From an uncultured Candidatus Saccharibacteria bacterium (GTDB taxonomy: Bacteria; Patescibacteriota; Andersenbacteria; UBA10190): a stretch of 46,350 bases of DNA. The notes under the pieces are model-generated. The model ran no database searches. It worked only from the letters and a program-made list of their open reading frames with translations, and was not told where the DNA came from. The DNA lies in contig CAYJKV010000002.1 in NCBI GenBank assembly GCA_964371255.1, forward strand, positions 196,553 through 242,902, read 5' to 3'. Below are positions 17,666-27,426 of the stretch, piece after piece; position 1 is the stretch's first letter; every line of letters starts with the position of its first letter. Both the position numbers and the translations under genes were made by a program.

Positions 17666-18646
17666 CTACCAATATTCATTCTTATTCTGCCGATAAAAAT
17701 CCACTGTTCTTTTTAATCCTTCGCGCAGTAATACGGTTGGCTCCCAAGTGGTAATAGCTTGGATCTTAGTGATATCCGCCACGTAATCACCTGTTTCGTT
17801 TTTTTCATAATCGGCCGGCCACGGCACATATTCCTTCTCGCCTTGACCGACCGCCTCGATCACGGCATCCACCATCTCTGTAAATGTGACCCCTTGGCCA
17901 CCACCAATATTGTACGCTTCTCCGTCCTGACCCTTTATTATTAGTCTCATCATAGCTTCGACAATATCATCTATATAGATATAATCCCTCAGCTGTTTTC
18001 CGTCGCCATAGATCTTTATTTTCTTGCCTTCCATCGCCTGCCGGATAAACCAGCCCACAATAGCGTATTTGCTGTGTTTCATTTGTTGGCGCGGCCCATA
18101 TGGGTTCGGTATCCGCAGAGACAGGCCATGGATCCCGAAGTTATGCGCATAGTATGCATAATATTTTTCACCCAACAATTTATGGATGCCATATAATGAC
18201 AGTGGCTGCGTCGCCTGGCTTTCTTTTACCGGCACCTGTTGAATTTTTCCATAGACCAGCCGTGACGAAGAAAACAAAATGCGCGCCGCCGCCGCTTTCT
18301 TTTTAACCGCCTCCAGAACAATTAGGTTGCCGCGGCCGTTAAAATCTAAATCCAGAAACGGTTTTTCTTTCGCGTCTAGATAACCCACCTGGCCAGCCAA
18401 ATGAAAAATGTAGTCCTTGCCATCGACTGCCTGTCTCACTATTTTCTCGTCAATTATATTACCGTTCACTAATTCAACGTGATCTGCAATTTCTTTGATA
18501 TTAAATTTATTCCCGCCATAGGGGGTCAACATCGCGTCTAAAATAGTGACTCGCGCCTTAGCTTCTACCAGGCGGTGCGCCAATGTACTGCCAATAAAAC
18601 CAAGGCCTCCAGTGATTAGTACATTTTTCCCCTTAAAATCATCCAT
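17666..18646 (-). CDS. Extended SDR NAD-dependent sugar epimerase/dehydratase (GalE-like 4-epimerase pattern)
   Basis: It carries ITGGLGFIGS, SSSRLVYG and YGIHKLLGE (YxxxK). The Ser/Tyr/Lys pattern looks more like GalE than RmlB, which would have TDEVYG. Confidence 0.6.
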   Translation of the reverse strand: MDDFKGKNVLITGGLGFIGSTLAHRLVEAKARVTILDAMLTPYGGNKFNIKEIADHVELVNGNIIDEKIVRQAVDGKDYIFHLAGQVGYLDAKEKPFLDLDFNGRGNLIVLEAVKKKAAAARILFSSSRLVYGKIQQVPVKESQATQPLSLYGIHKLLGEKYYAYYAHNFGIHGLSLRIPNPYGPRQQMKHSKYAIVGWFIRQAMEGKKIKIYGDGKQLRDYIYIDDIVEAMMRLIIKGQDGEAYNIGGGQGVTFTEMVDAVIEAVGQGEKEYVPWPADYEKNETGDYVADITKIQAITTWEPTVLLREGLKRTVDFYRQNKNEYW

Positions 18647-18796
18647 AAGTATATTCTTAGCCTAAATCTTCATACCCTCTTTTACAAACCATATTATTTC
18701 TATACTCGTTGAGGCTAATTAATTAATATTTTCCTGTTGAATACTAGCGGATGGAAAGGTTTATTCGTAATTCATTATGCATAGCCCGTGCCCCAA

Positions 18797-18825
18797 TTGA
18801 CAATTAAAAATGCCCGAACTATAAA
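18797..18825 (+). promoter_or_regulatory. Sigma70-like promoter for the plus-strand orphan gene
   Basis: TTGACA (18797-18802), a 17 nt spacer, then TATAAA (18820-18825). An SD-like AGGAGA lies before the ATG at 18882. Confidence 0.55.
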
Positions 18826-18881
18826 TAAACATTGCTAGCATTCACCCGTTCTCTTCACAACCTGCTTTCAGGAGAAAATCA

Positions 18882-19856
18882 ATGAAGTCCGATTCTCAAA
18901 ACAGTCGATTGTCGTCTTATGCTCATCACAAACTCCATCACGAATGGGAGATGTTGTTCGGCGGTTTTGCTGTCTTATCCTGGTTTATCATGACTTTGGG
19001 GACATTATTTGCCGTTATACTCTCGTCCGGATTACCAGGTTGGTTTGCAGCCATCCCTGTCCCCATAACCTTGCTTCTTGGTGGCTTAATTTGGTTAATC
19101 CCGCGACACCTCATCTACGGCCGAAAGTGGACTAACTTCAAACGCCAAGTCTTCCAGGAAGACCAAATCGATTATGAGAGAAGCTTATCCTTGCAATACA
19201 GTCTGGTACAGTTTTTGCACACACCCGTCTCCAACTTTCAGACCAGGCAATCGCCAGTTTCTGGTTCGTGGTTCCCCTTCCGCGTCGAACATTTTCCCAG
19301 TGCCAGTCTGCGTTCTAGTATCACCGGACGTGTTAATTTACGATCCTTGTTCCAGGGTAGAGACATTAGAGGACTCGTGACGCCAAACCTACTTGATACC
19401 AGCACGATTATTTGGTTGAAAAACCGTGACAACAGCGCTACCTTGCGCGTTATTCTCCCCAGCATTGACGCTATTGCTCAATTGTTCTCCACAATGAAAA
19501 ATGGCTGGTTCACCGGTCATTCAGACTATGACAGAACACACTGTGACGTGGTAATTGATAATTTCGTTCTGTCTGACGAGCACTTCTATCACCTTCTCGA
19601 CCACGCTCAAACAATCGATATCCTTGACGTCTCATGCCAGCAACCTCCAGACGCCAGACCTGTCGTGGAAGTCTACGGCCAGGTCATTCAACCAGGTGTC
19701 ATCATCGGCACTGCTCTTCGCGTTTGTGATCACCCGTCATCCGATGTGCAAGTCTTCCTACCTGACGGATTCTTCACCAAGTTCACCCACACCGTCGATG
19801 GTATCATGAGAAGGGAAACCCCTGCTCCCCAACCTTCCGACAGTATAGCTGTTTGA
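18882..19856 (+). CDS. Hypothetical membrane protein: two N-terminal TM helices plus a soluble domain of about 230 aa and unknown function
   Basis: The 324-aa ORF has its own promoter, SD and terminator. The TM hairpin is FGGFAVLSWFIMTLGTLFAVIL / WFAAIPVPITLLLGGLIWLI. I recognise no family motif. Confidence 0.55.
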   Translation: MKSDSQNSRLSSYAHHKLHHEWEMLFGGFAVLSWFIMTLGTLFAVILSSGLPGWFAAIPVPITLLLGGLIWLIPRHLIYGRKWTNFKRQVFQEDQIDYERSLSLQYSLVQFLHTPVSNFQTRQSPVSGSWFPFRVEHFPSASLRSSITGRVNLRSLFQGRDIRGLVTPNLLDTSTIIWLKNRDNSATLRVILPSIDAIAQLFSTMKNGWFTGHSDYDRTHCDVVIDNFVLSDEHFYHLLDHAQTIDILDVSCQQPPDARPVVEVYGQVIQPGVIIGTALRVCDHPSSDVQVFLPDGFFTKFTHTVDGIMRRETPAPQPSDSIAV

Positions 19857-19886
19857 TCCCAATCAGATAAAAGTTTCCGATTTACT

Positions 19887-19918
19887 AACCTTCGTGCTCG
19901 CTCGACGAAGGTTTTTTT
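19887..19918 (+). terminator. Rho-independent terminator
   Basis: A perfect 9 bp stem, AACCTTCGT (19887-19895) paired with ACGAAGGTT (19905-19913), has a 9 nt loop and is followed by a T-run through 19918. Confidence 0.8.
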
Positions 19919-19935
19919 ATGCCCGTAGTAACCTA

Positions 19936-21087
19936 TTATGCGTGACTGGCACTTTCAAATTGGCGATATAGCTTGTCGTACTCTCCCATGATATTTATCC
20001 AATCATATCCTTGCGCCACCTCGCGGCTTCTTTTTCCCATCTGCCTCCGTAACTCAGTATTATTTACCAGTTCCGTCAGTCTCCGCGCTAACTCATCAAT
20101 ATCATCCCCCTTAATCAAAAAGCCATTCTCTCCCTCTTTCACAATCTCGTTGTTGCCTCCCACATCTGACGCAATTACAGGTAAACCACAACCCATCGCC
20201 TCTAATATCACAGATGGCATACCTTCAGACAGCGATGTCAATACAAAAACATCCGCGTACTGATAAGCCTTCTCTAACTTTTCATAAGGCACTGTTCCTA
20301 CATAACTAATTAGATCGGATACCCCCAAGCTCTGAGCCAACGCATCTAGTTCCGTTTGTGCCGCGCCTGTCCCTACTACCTCTACCTCAAAGGGCACAGT
20401 CGCATTTTCCCGCACTTTTGGCAGTGCCCTCACTACCCGCTGAAATCCTTTCCGCGGTATTAGTCTGCCAATAAATAATATTTTCACCTTCGCATTAACC
20501 GGTCTGTCCACCGGTTTAAAACGATCTATTTCAACCCCATTAGGCACGACCTTAAACTCAACAGTGGTGTCAGCCTCTCGTCCCAACTTTGCCAATTCCT
20601 CCGAGCACACTGTCCTGAATTCCGCTCGGCGCCATATTACTTTAAGCAATGGCGTTAATAGGGGATATATTTTTTTATACCTTGAGGGATTAGCTCCCGG
20701 AATGTCCGAACCTCCAAAATAAACTGCATATGGTATCCCCCGAACAATATTCAGTACCCAGGCCACCCAGCCTGACGGCACTGCAAAATACGCTTGAATA
20801 AAATCAACTTTGTGCCGGCTAGTATAGATAAAACTATAAACCAGGGCCGACAAGCCAAATATTATCAGCTCCCATTGCGAGCAAAAATCCTTATAACGCC
20901 TAATGGCCGGAATTCTAATAACTTGGGCACCCTCTACCTGTTCCCGCCTGGGCAAACCCCGGTACTGTGAAGTAATCAGCGTGACTTCGTGGCCGGCTTT
21001 CACTAGGTAACGAATGGCATATTTTGTCACCGTTGATCCCCCCCCGCCAATGGGCGGAAATTCGTTGTTAATCAGCAGTATTTTCAT
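19936..21087 (-). CDS. GT4-family glycosyltransferase
   Basis: The N-terminus is MKILLINNEFPPIGGGG. The C-terminal E-x7-E region is EGMPSVILEAMGCGLPVIASDVGGNNEIV. Confidence 0.85.
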   Translation of the reverse strand: MKILLINNEFPPIGGGGSTVTKYAIRYLVKAGHEVTLITSQYRGLPRREQVEGAQVIRIPAIRRYKDFCSQWELIIFGLSALVYSFIYTSRHKVDFIQAYFAVPSGWVAWVLNIVRGIPYAVYFGGSDIPGANPSRYKKIYPLLTPLLKVIWRRAEFRTVCSEELAKLGREADTTVEFKVVPNGVEIDRFKPVDRPVNAKVKILFIGRLIPRKGFQRVVRALPKVRENATVPFEVEVVGTGAAQTELDALAQSLGVSDLISYVGTVPYEKLEKAYQYADVFVLTSLSEGMPSVILEAMGCGLPVIASDVGGNNEIVKEGENGFLIKGDDIDELARRLTELVNNTELRRQMGKRSREVAQGYDWINIMGEYDKLYRQFESASHA

Positions 21088-21168
21088 GCGAACTATTTTA
21101 TAGCCAGTTTATACAGTTTGACGTTTCCGCCATGCCAAGAATAAAAAAAGATGCTCGTTTCTCCCGAA

Positions 21169-22134
21169 CTAAGCCTGATCCCACCCGACAGTTTCCTTTA
21201 TACTGTAGGCTTTTTTCTGTGTGTAATAAGTCTTGGCCACCACATCCGCTAATACTCCAGTTAACAGAAACTGGAAACCCAGCAAGACCAACAGCACCGC
21301 CAGCAGTGGTAAGGAGCTATTGGCAAAACCGGTTATCTTGAGCAGCCAAATTATTAAAATCGTTCCTCCTAGTAGCAAACCTGTTAGAATAAAACCGATG
21401 CCAATCGCCCCAAAAAAGTGCATCGGCCTGGCCGCGTACTGCACCCAAAATTTTACGACAATTAAATCTAAAAAGCCTTTGAGTTTCTTTTTAATAGAGT
21501 AGTTTGTCCGGCCATGTTGTCTGGAGTGATGATTAACTTCAACTTCTCCCACGCGAAAACCCTTCCATGACAGCAACGCCGTGATATAGCGGTGCATTTC
21601 ACCATACAATTCTAAATCCTCCAACGCCTCACGCCGGTATATTTTTAAACTGCATCCGTGATCATGTATTTTCTCGGCCGTCATCCACCGATGTATTAAG
21701 TTGCCGATTTTACTCAAAAACACCATTCCACCCTTATCTTTTCTATGCTTGCGCCAGCCAGAAACCACGTCCAAATCGTTATCCTGCAAATGCTTCATCA
21801 TTGATGGGATGTCTTTGGGATCGTTCTGTAAATCCGCATCCATCACGATCACGAACTCGCCTCGTGCCCGATCAAAGCCGGCTGACCAGGCGGCCGTTTG
21901 TCCAAAATTGCGTCTAAATTCTATTAATTTGATCCGGCCATCCTCCCGCACCAACTCTCGCAAAATTCTATTCGTACCGTCATCGCTGCCATCATCAATA
22001 AAAATAATTTCCCAGCCGCCATCCAGCCGATCCATGACTTCTTTTATCTTATTATAAAGAGGACGCAAGTTATCCTGCTCATTGTGCGCTGGGATCACTA
22101 AAGAATATTTCATATTATTTGCAGTATACACCAC
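21169..22134 (-). CDS. GT2-family polyprenyl-phosphate glycosyltransferase (Dpm1/GtrB/ArnC-like)
   Basis: It carries LVIPAHNE, IFIDDGSDDGT and MDADLQNDP, plus two C-terminal TM helices. The track start is a GTG, and the ATG at 22113 (MKYSLVIP) is the more likely start. Confidence 0.8.
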   Translation of the reverse strand: MVYTANNMKYSLVIPAHNEQDNLRPLYNKIKEVMDRLDGGWEIIFIDDGSDDGTNRILRELVREDGRIKLIEFRRNFGQTAAWSAGFDRARGEFVIVMDADLQNDPKDIPSMMKHLQDNDLDVVSGWRKHRKDKGGMVFLSKIGNLIHRWMTAEKIHDHGCSLKIYRREALEDLELYGEMHRYITALLSWKGFRVGEVEVNHHSRQHGRTNYSIKKKLKGFLDLIVVKFWVQYAARPMHFFGAIGIGFILTGLLLGGTILIIWLLKITGFANSSLPLLAVLLVLLGFQFLLTGVLADVVAKTYYTQKKAYSIKETVGWDQA

Positions 22135-22151
22135 TAAAGATATTAAGAATG

Positions 22152-22180
22152 CACTATAAAAACAAAGTAGTTATCTGTCA
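22152..22180 (-). promoter_or_regulatory. Near-consensus sigma70 promoter driving the GT2/GT4 pair
   Basis: On the minus strand: TTGACA (22180-22175), a 17 nt spacer, then TATAGT (22157-22152). Confidence 0.6.
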
Positions 22181-22270
22181 AATACATTAATGACCAAGCT
22201 CCTTAAGACCTGCCAGTGTGGCCGCAATCATCGTCTGCGGACTAAAGGTATAATCATGTCTGACCTACCG

Positions 22271-23248
22271 TCACTCCCCCTCTTTGTCCACCAAATTCCT
22301 CAATTTTTCACCATCCATTAAACCCATCTGAAAAGCCACTTTCTCCACTCGCTCCCTTTTTTCTATGGGCTGTTTTTCTGTACTGATTTTTATCAAATAA
22401 TCCCCATACCCGCTTTTCAATAGCGGCTCAGCCAGCTTTTTCAATTGCTCTCTGTCAATAAAACCCATCCGATAAGCCACTTCTTCAATACATCCCACTT
22501 TCAATCCTTGTCGCTCTTCAACAGTCTGGACAAACATACCAGCCTGCAATAAGGAGTGGTGCGTACCAGAATCAAGCCAGGCTGTACCCCGGCTTAATAC
22601 TGACACTTTAAGTTGACCGCGGCTTAAATAATCCTTGTTGACATCTGTAATTTCCAACTCACCTCGGGCTGAAGGCTTAATCTTCTTGGCAATTTCTAAA
22701 ACATCGTTGTCATAAAAATATAAACCCGGTACGGCATAGGAAGACTTTGGATGCTCTGGTTTCTCTTCAATTGATATCACGCTTCCGTTTTCATCGAACT
22801 CTGTCACCCCATATCTTTCCGGATCCGATACATGATATGCAAATACCATCCCTCCACCATTTCTATCTACGTGTCGTCTGGCCTCCCTTAGAATCTCCGC
22901 GATGTCATTGCCGTAAAAGATATTATCACCCAAGATCAAAGCCGCCGTTCCTGTTCCTATAAAATCCCGGCCAATCACAAACGCCTGTGCCAAACCTTCT
23001 GGTCTGGGCTGCTCGGCATACTGAATAGTCATTCCCAACTGCGACCCATCGCCAAATAACTTCTTATAGCCAGGCAGGTCTTGCGGTGTGGAAATTAGTA
23101 ATATTTCTCTGATCCCACCCAGCATTAACGTCGACAACGGATAATAAACCATTGGCTTATCATGCACTGGCAACAGCTGCTTGCTGATACTAATAGTCAG
23201 TGGGTGCAACCTTGTCCCTGCCCCACCCGCCAATATAATGCCTTTCAT
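22271..23248 (-). CDS. rmlA: Glucose-1-phosphate thymidylyltransferase with a C-terminal extension
   Basis: It carries [18 protein letters not shown] and the typical RmlA core. Its 325 aa include a duplicated terminal helix (see findings). Confidence 0.85.
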   Translation of the reverse strand: MKGIILAGGAGTRLHPLTISISKQLLPVHDKPMVYYPLSTLMLGGIREILLISTPQDLPGYKKLFGDGSQLGMTIQYAEQPRPEGLAQAFVIGRDFIGTGTAALILGDNIFYGNDIAEILREARRHVDRNGGGMVFAYHVSDPERYGVTEFDENGSVISIEEKPEHPKSSYAVPGLYFYDNDVLEIAKKIKPSARGELEITDVNKDYLSRGQLKVSVLSRGTAWLDSGTHHSLLQAGMFVQTVEERQGLKVGCIEEVAYRMGFIDREQLKKLAEPLLKSGYGDYLIKISTEKQPIEKRERVEKVAFQMGLMDGEKLRNLVDKEGE

Positions 23249-23292
23249 AACGCTATCAATACACTATTAACAAATAATCGTCAAGTAAAAAA

Positions 23293-24267
23293 CTAACTAT
23301 AGTGGCGATGGTTGTTTAAGTAGTTCTTCACGTAATCATCAATAGCCTCTTCCAGTACAATAAACGGCTCTTCATACCCATTTAACCTCAGCTTACTAAT
23401 ATCCGCCTGGGTAAAATCCTGATATTGTTTTTGTAACTCTGGTGGTAAATCAATATATTTAATATTAATCTCTTTCCCGACTGCTTTAAACATGGCTGCG
23501 GCTACATCATTCCAGGTTCGGGCTACTCCCGTCCCAACATTAAAGACCCCATACGCCTGCTTATTTTTCATGAAATGTAACGTTGCCGCCACCGCATCCT
23601 TAACATAAATAAAATCTCTTTTTTGCTCACCATCACCGAAATTGGGATTATTAGACTTAAAAAGCTCGATCACTCCTTCTCGCTGCATTTGCTCAAATTT
23701 TTTGGCAATCACACTTCTCATAGCACCTTTGTGATATTCATTGGGGCCAAAAACATTAAAATATCTAATACCAACAACCCGGTCCAAGTAACCGCTATCC
23801 CTCGCCCAAATGTCTACCATCAGCTTTGATCGCCCATAATCATTTAACGGTATTAACTGGTCAAATACATCGTGCGCATCGCTATATCCCAAACTTCCGT
23901 CACCATAAGTCGCCCCGCTGGAGATATATATACACCGGATAGACCGATCTACACTCCATCTAATAATCTCCTGGGTAAACGCAATATTTACATCTTCAAA
24001 TAATGACCAATCATGCTCCGTAGTCGAGGTTATCGCTGCTAAATGAAAAATCGCCTCGACGCCTGCTTGGTCAAATAACCCCTCCTTCAGATCCCGTCTG
24101 AATTCCTCACCGCTCATCAGACGTTCGTACTTGAGGGCTGATAAATTATGCTCTTTCTCATCATGGTCCAGACGATCCACAATCAACAGATCCGATCTTC
24201 CTCTTCGGTTTAGTTCACCCACCAAAGCGCTGCCGATAAACCCCGCCCCGCCTGTAATAATGATCAT
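23293..24267 (-). CDS. hldD: ADP-L-glycero-D-manno-heptose 6-epimerase
   Basis: It carries MIIITGGAGFIGS and the extended-SDR motif YGRSKL. Its length and context, downstream of gmhA/hldA/gmhB/hldC, fit HldD (RfaD). Confidence 0.75.
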   Translation of the reverse strand: MIIITGGAGFIGSALVGELNRRGRSDLLIVDRLDHDEKEHNLSALKYERLMSGEEFRRDLKEGLFDQAGVEAIFHLAAITSTTEHDWSLFEDVNIAFTQEIIRWSVDRSIRCIYISSGATYGDGSLGYSDAHDVFDQLIPLNDYGRSKLMVDIWARDSGYLDRVVGIRYFNVFGPNEYHKGAMRSVIAKKFEQMQREGVIELFKSNNPNFGDGEQKRDFIYVKDAVAATLHFMKNKQAYGVFNVGTGVARTWNDVAAAMFKAVGKEINIKYIDLPPELQKQYQDFTQADISKLRLNGYEEPFIVLEEAIDDYVKNYLNNHRHYS

Positions 24268-24352
24268 AGTAATATATTTAATCGCTCTGCCTACTCACAG
24301 CCATCTTAGCATATTCTCTCTCAGCGTAAATCACTCCTCCATTATGGGCAGT

Positions 24353-24372
24353 AAAAAAGCTGGTTTCCCAGC
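24353..24372 (-). terminator. Candidate rho-independent terminator after hldC
   Basis: On the minus strand: GCUGG-GAAA-CCAGC followed by UUUUUU. The stem is short, at 5 bp. Confidence 0.45.
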
Positions 24373-24581
24373 CCATCGGATCAAATCAGTTTTTTTATGC
24401 ACGACCATATAAAATCACATATGATCAGCACCACTGCCGCTCCGACCACGAAATTCACACACTGGTCTGTGAGTTGATTAGGCTTTTCCCTGCTCGCCTC
24501 ATCTTCATCAGTCCGCCGTATGCTGACGCATCTTTTTTTCAAACCTTTGCTCCCTTAAAAGAACATGAATCTGTCTGTCAA

Positions 24582-25100
24582 TCACTCTGTCTCTTTAATC
24601 TTTTTCACTAATGCAGATGTTGAAAACTTATTTCTCTTCTTTATTACATACCCCACGGCTCCCACCTCCTGCATCACAGGCCATTCTATCCATTCCGATG
24701 CCTCGCCATATTCTTGGCCATTAGCATGTATCTGCGGTGCAATAGCTTTAATCAGTCGCTTAGGCACTTCCACGGCGGCTGCATCAACAATAATAACATA
24801 ATCAACACAGGCTAAAGCTGCCAACATAGCCGCCCGCGCACTTTCTGAGAAAAAAGGCCGCCCTTTGCCTTTATAACCTTGGATGGATTTATCAGAATTG
24901 ATTCCGACAAACAATACCTCTCCTTGTTTTTTCGCTTCCTCTAATTGATCTAAGTGGCCGATATGCAAAATATCAAACGCGCCGTTCACCGTAACCAGCT
25001 TGCTCCCTTTTTGACGCAGCCTGTCAGCCGCTTCCTTAGCCTGCTCTAAAGTGATTATTTTATCAGTCCGCCAATTTGTTTTATCTAATTTCTCCGTCAT
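24582..25100 (-). CDS. hldC: D-beta-D-heptose-1-phosphate adenylyltransferase (RfaE domain II type cytidylyltransferase fold)
   Basis: It carries TVNGAFDILHIGHLDQLEEAKKQG..VGINSD, the HxGH nucleotidyltransferase motif. Confidence 0.8.
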   Translation of the reverse strand: MTEKLDKTNWRTDKIITLEQAKEAADRLRQKGSKLVTVNGAFDILHIGHLDQLEEAKKQGEVLFVGINSDKSIQGYKGKGRPFFSESARAAMLAALACVDYVIIVDAAAVEVPKRLIKAIAPQIHANGQEYGEASEWIEWPVMQEVGAVGYVIKKRNKFSTSALVKKIKETE

Positions 25101-25103
25101 AAA

Positions 25104-25697
25104 TTAATCTCTGTCCGATTGTTTTTCTCCCCCGATATAATCTGCCGCCTTGATCAATGTGTCCGCCACCAGCGTCGGCTGCTTTTCTCTGTTAATCATA
25201 TCATTCTTCGTCCAATATTTACTTCTTAGCAAAACCGTTTTGGTCCCAGCGTTCTGTCCCATTTCCATATCTATTAATTTATCGCCCACTGCCCAACTCG
25301 AGCCTAAATCTATCTTCCCCAACTTTTGGGCTGCTTCCTCGATCATCCCAGTCCCCGGTTTACGGCAAGCGCACCCACTATCCCTGGCGTGCGGACAAAA
25401 CATTATTAAATCAAGCTTAACCCCTGCCTTAGCCAGTTCCTGCTCCATATGATGATGTAAAATCTGCATATCCTGCAAAGTATACAAACCATGCCCGATG
25501 CCCGATTGGTTAGTGACCACGACTAATTTATAATGCTCGGCCTGCAGCTTACGCAGCGCCTCCGGCACCTTGGCATCAGCCCAGCGCCAATCTTCTACCC
25601 GGTAGACATACCCTAAGTCAAAATTTATCGTTCCATCACGATCTAAAAAAATCACTTTTATCCCTCTCTGGCCCATATCCTCAAATGTCTGTTTCAA
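25104..25697 (-). CDS. gmhB: D-glycero-D-manno-heptose-1,7-bisphosphate phosphatase (HAD)
   Basis: It carries FLDRDGTIN, VVTNQSGIG and the Zn-site-like CPH..C.CRKP, followed by GDKLIDMEMG. Confidence 0.85.
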   Translation of the reverse strand: MKQTFEDMGQRGIKVIFLDRDGTINFDLGYVYRVEDWRWADAKVPEALRKLQAEHYKLVVVTNQSGIGHGLYTLQDMQILHHHMEQELAKAGVKLDLIMFCPHARDSGCACRKPGTGMIEEAAQKLGKIDLGSSWAVGDKLIDMEMGQNAGTKTVLLRSKYWTKNDMINREKQPTLVADTLIKAADYIGGEKQSDRD

Positions 25698-25702
25698 AAC
25701 AG

Positions 25703-26773
25703 TTATTGTTTTGGCGCCAACGTGCTGCCTGGCTGGATATTTTGTCCTTCTACCCGTTCATCCTTCAAAGTATTTTTCGCTATCATGCTAAATAATTCGT
25801 CCGCGCTAATACCCACACTGCCCACCTTGCTTACCACTACTGCGCCTCCGGCATTAGACAATTCCGCTGCCTCATTTTCGCACGCGCCGGACAAAATACT
25901 TAATAATAAAACGGCCGCTGTCGTATCACCTGCCCCAGACTCATCCGCCACCTCAATCACGTTATTTTGTGGAATATGATGCCCATACTCACCGCCGCAG
26001 TAGGCGTAAATCCCGTCTTTACCCATCGTGAGAAAGACATTGGCGCACATTTTGACATACACCATCTTAGCTAATTCCGCTGGCTGCGCTTGATGCTCAT
26101 GGTAATTAAGGCCTAAGAACTCGTGCGCCTCCTTGATATTCGGCGACACAAATGTCGCTCCCACAAAATAATTAGCTCGCGAAGGTTTTACGTCCGCCCC
26201 GACCAACAAGTCCCTCTGTCCCGCTTCGTCTAAAATCACTTCAGCGATTTTTTTCGTCACCAGTCCTTTGGCATAATCTGAAACGATCACGGCATCCACT
26301 CCTTCCGCCATCACTTTTTTGATTTCTTCCACGATCTTTTCTTCAATCGCCCTGCTGACCTCTTTTACTTCTTCGAAGTCAACCCGGAGCATATGCTGAT
26401 TGCCTACCAGATATCGTTGCTTCCTGATCGACGGCCTCTCATTGTCCCGTACCAAAATCGCTCGGTAACCTTCTCTTTTCGCTGTCTCCTCAATCACCGT
26501 AGCTGTTTCATCATCGCCCACCACGCTGATTAACGTTGTTTTAGCTCCCAAGCAGGCCAGGTTTTTGGCGGTATTTCCAGCCCCGCCCGTCTCTTCTCGC
26601 TCATTAGTGGCTCTTAAAATTGGCACTGGCGCCTCCGGGTTAATTCTCTCCACTACGCCATGTATGTAGTGATCTAGCACAATATCACCCACCACTAGCA
26701 CTTTGTGCTGATCAAATTGATTAACTAATTCCTTGGCTCTCGAAAGATCCATAAGTGGGTTTAAAAAATGCAT
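25703..26773 (-). CDS. hldA: D-beta-D-heptose-7-phosphate kinase (RfaE domain I, PfkB family)
   Basis: It carries VLVVGDIVLDHYIHGVVERINPEAPVPIL, GGAGNTAKNLACLG and the C-terminal GAGDT. Confidence 0.8.
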   Translation of the reverse strand: MHFLNPLMDLSRAKELVNQFDQHKVLVVGDIVLDHYIHGVVERINPEAPVPILRATNEREETGGAGNTAKNLACLGAKTTLISVVGDDETATVIEETAKREGYRAILVRDNERPSIRKQRYLVGNQHMLRVDFEEVKEVSRAIEEKIVEEIKKVMAEGVDAVIVSDYAKGLVTKKIAEVILDEAGQRDLLVGADVKPSRANYFVGATFVSPNIKEAHEFLGLNYHEHQAQPAELAKMVYVKMCANVFLTMGKDGIYAYCGGEYGHHIPQNNVIEVADESGAGDTTAAVLLLSILSGACENEAAELSNAGGAVVVSKVGSVGISADELFSMIAKNTLKDERVEGQNIQPGSTLAPKQ

Positions 26774-26796
26774 ACTAAATCACTTATCTATAAATG

Positions 26797-27366
26797 TCAA
26801 TTCTCATCCGGACCTTCTTCAAATTCCTCGCATAACAAATGAATGGCATGCAAATGCATCTCTTGTATCCTTGCCCCAGTGATGCTGGGAGCTATTATGA
26901 CAAAATCAGCCATGTCTTTGAAATCTCCCTTGGGTCCTGTTAAGGCGATAATAGTCATCCCTCGTTCTCTGGCCTTTTCGGCCGCACGTAAAATGTTTTT
27001 AGACGTACCCGACGTAGTGAGTCCAATAAAAACATCACCTTCCTGTCCGAGCGCTTCAACCTGTCTGGCAAAAAGCTGGTCGTAACCATAGTCATTGCCG
27101 ATGCACGTCAGGACAGCGCTATCGGCTGTCAGAGCGATTACTGGATAGGCTGTTCGATCCTTCTTATACCTGCCAACCATCTCGTCTGACAAATGCTGAG
27201 CTTCAGCCGCTGAACCGCCGTTCCCGGCTACTAACACTTTCTTGCCCTTCGCGAACGCCTCCTTTAAATGACTAACTACCCCGTCAATCTGTTCATGATA
27301 TTGGGTCACGTTGTTCAGGACCTCCCGCAGTTCCTCTGAATGCGCAATAAATTTATTCACTGTCAT
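26797..27366 (-). CDS. gmhA: Phosphoheptose (sedoheptulose-7-phosphate) isomerase, SIS domain
   Basis: It carries GNGGSAAEAQHLSDEMVGRY and LTTSGTSKN, and is 189 aa long. Confidence 0.85.
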   Translation of the reverse strand: MTVNKFIAHSEELREVLNNVTQYHEQIDGVVSHLKEAFAKGKKVLVAGNGGSAAEAQHLSDEMVGRYKKDRTAYPVIALTADSAVLTCIGNDYGYDQLFARQVEALGQEGDVFIGLTTSGTSKNILRAAEKARERGMTIIALTGPKGDFKDMADFVIIAPSITGARIQEMHLHAIHLLCEEFEEGPDEN

Positions 27367-27426
27367 ATTGATACTTAATTATTATAATAATCTGCCCAGT
27401 ATCGGCCTTGCTCCTCAAAAATCCTT

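Noticed and set aside
24400-24480. Possible 25-codon hydrophobic micro-ORF (VNFVVGAAVVLIICDFIWSCIKKLI) on the minus strand, just before the 24353..24372 hairpin.
   Set aside because: It would start at a GTG with no SD or promoter support. It is too short to tell apart from chance without conservation or ribosome-profiling data.
24480-24540. Hammerhead-like CUGAUGA..GAAA on the minus strand downstream of hldC.
   Set aside because: The sequence between the two core boxes cannot form stem II, and no stem I/III partners or cleavage-site context are present.
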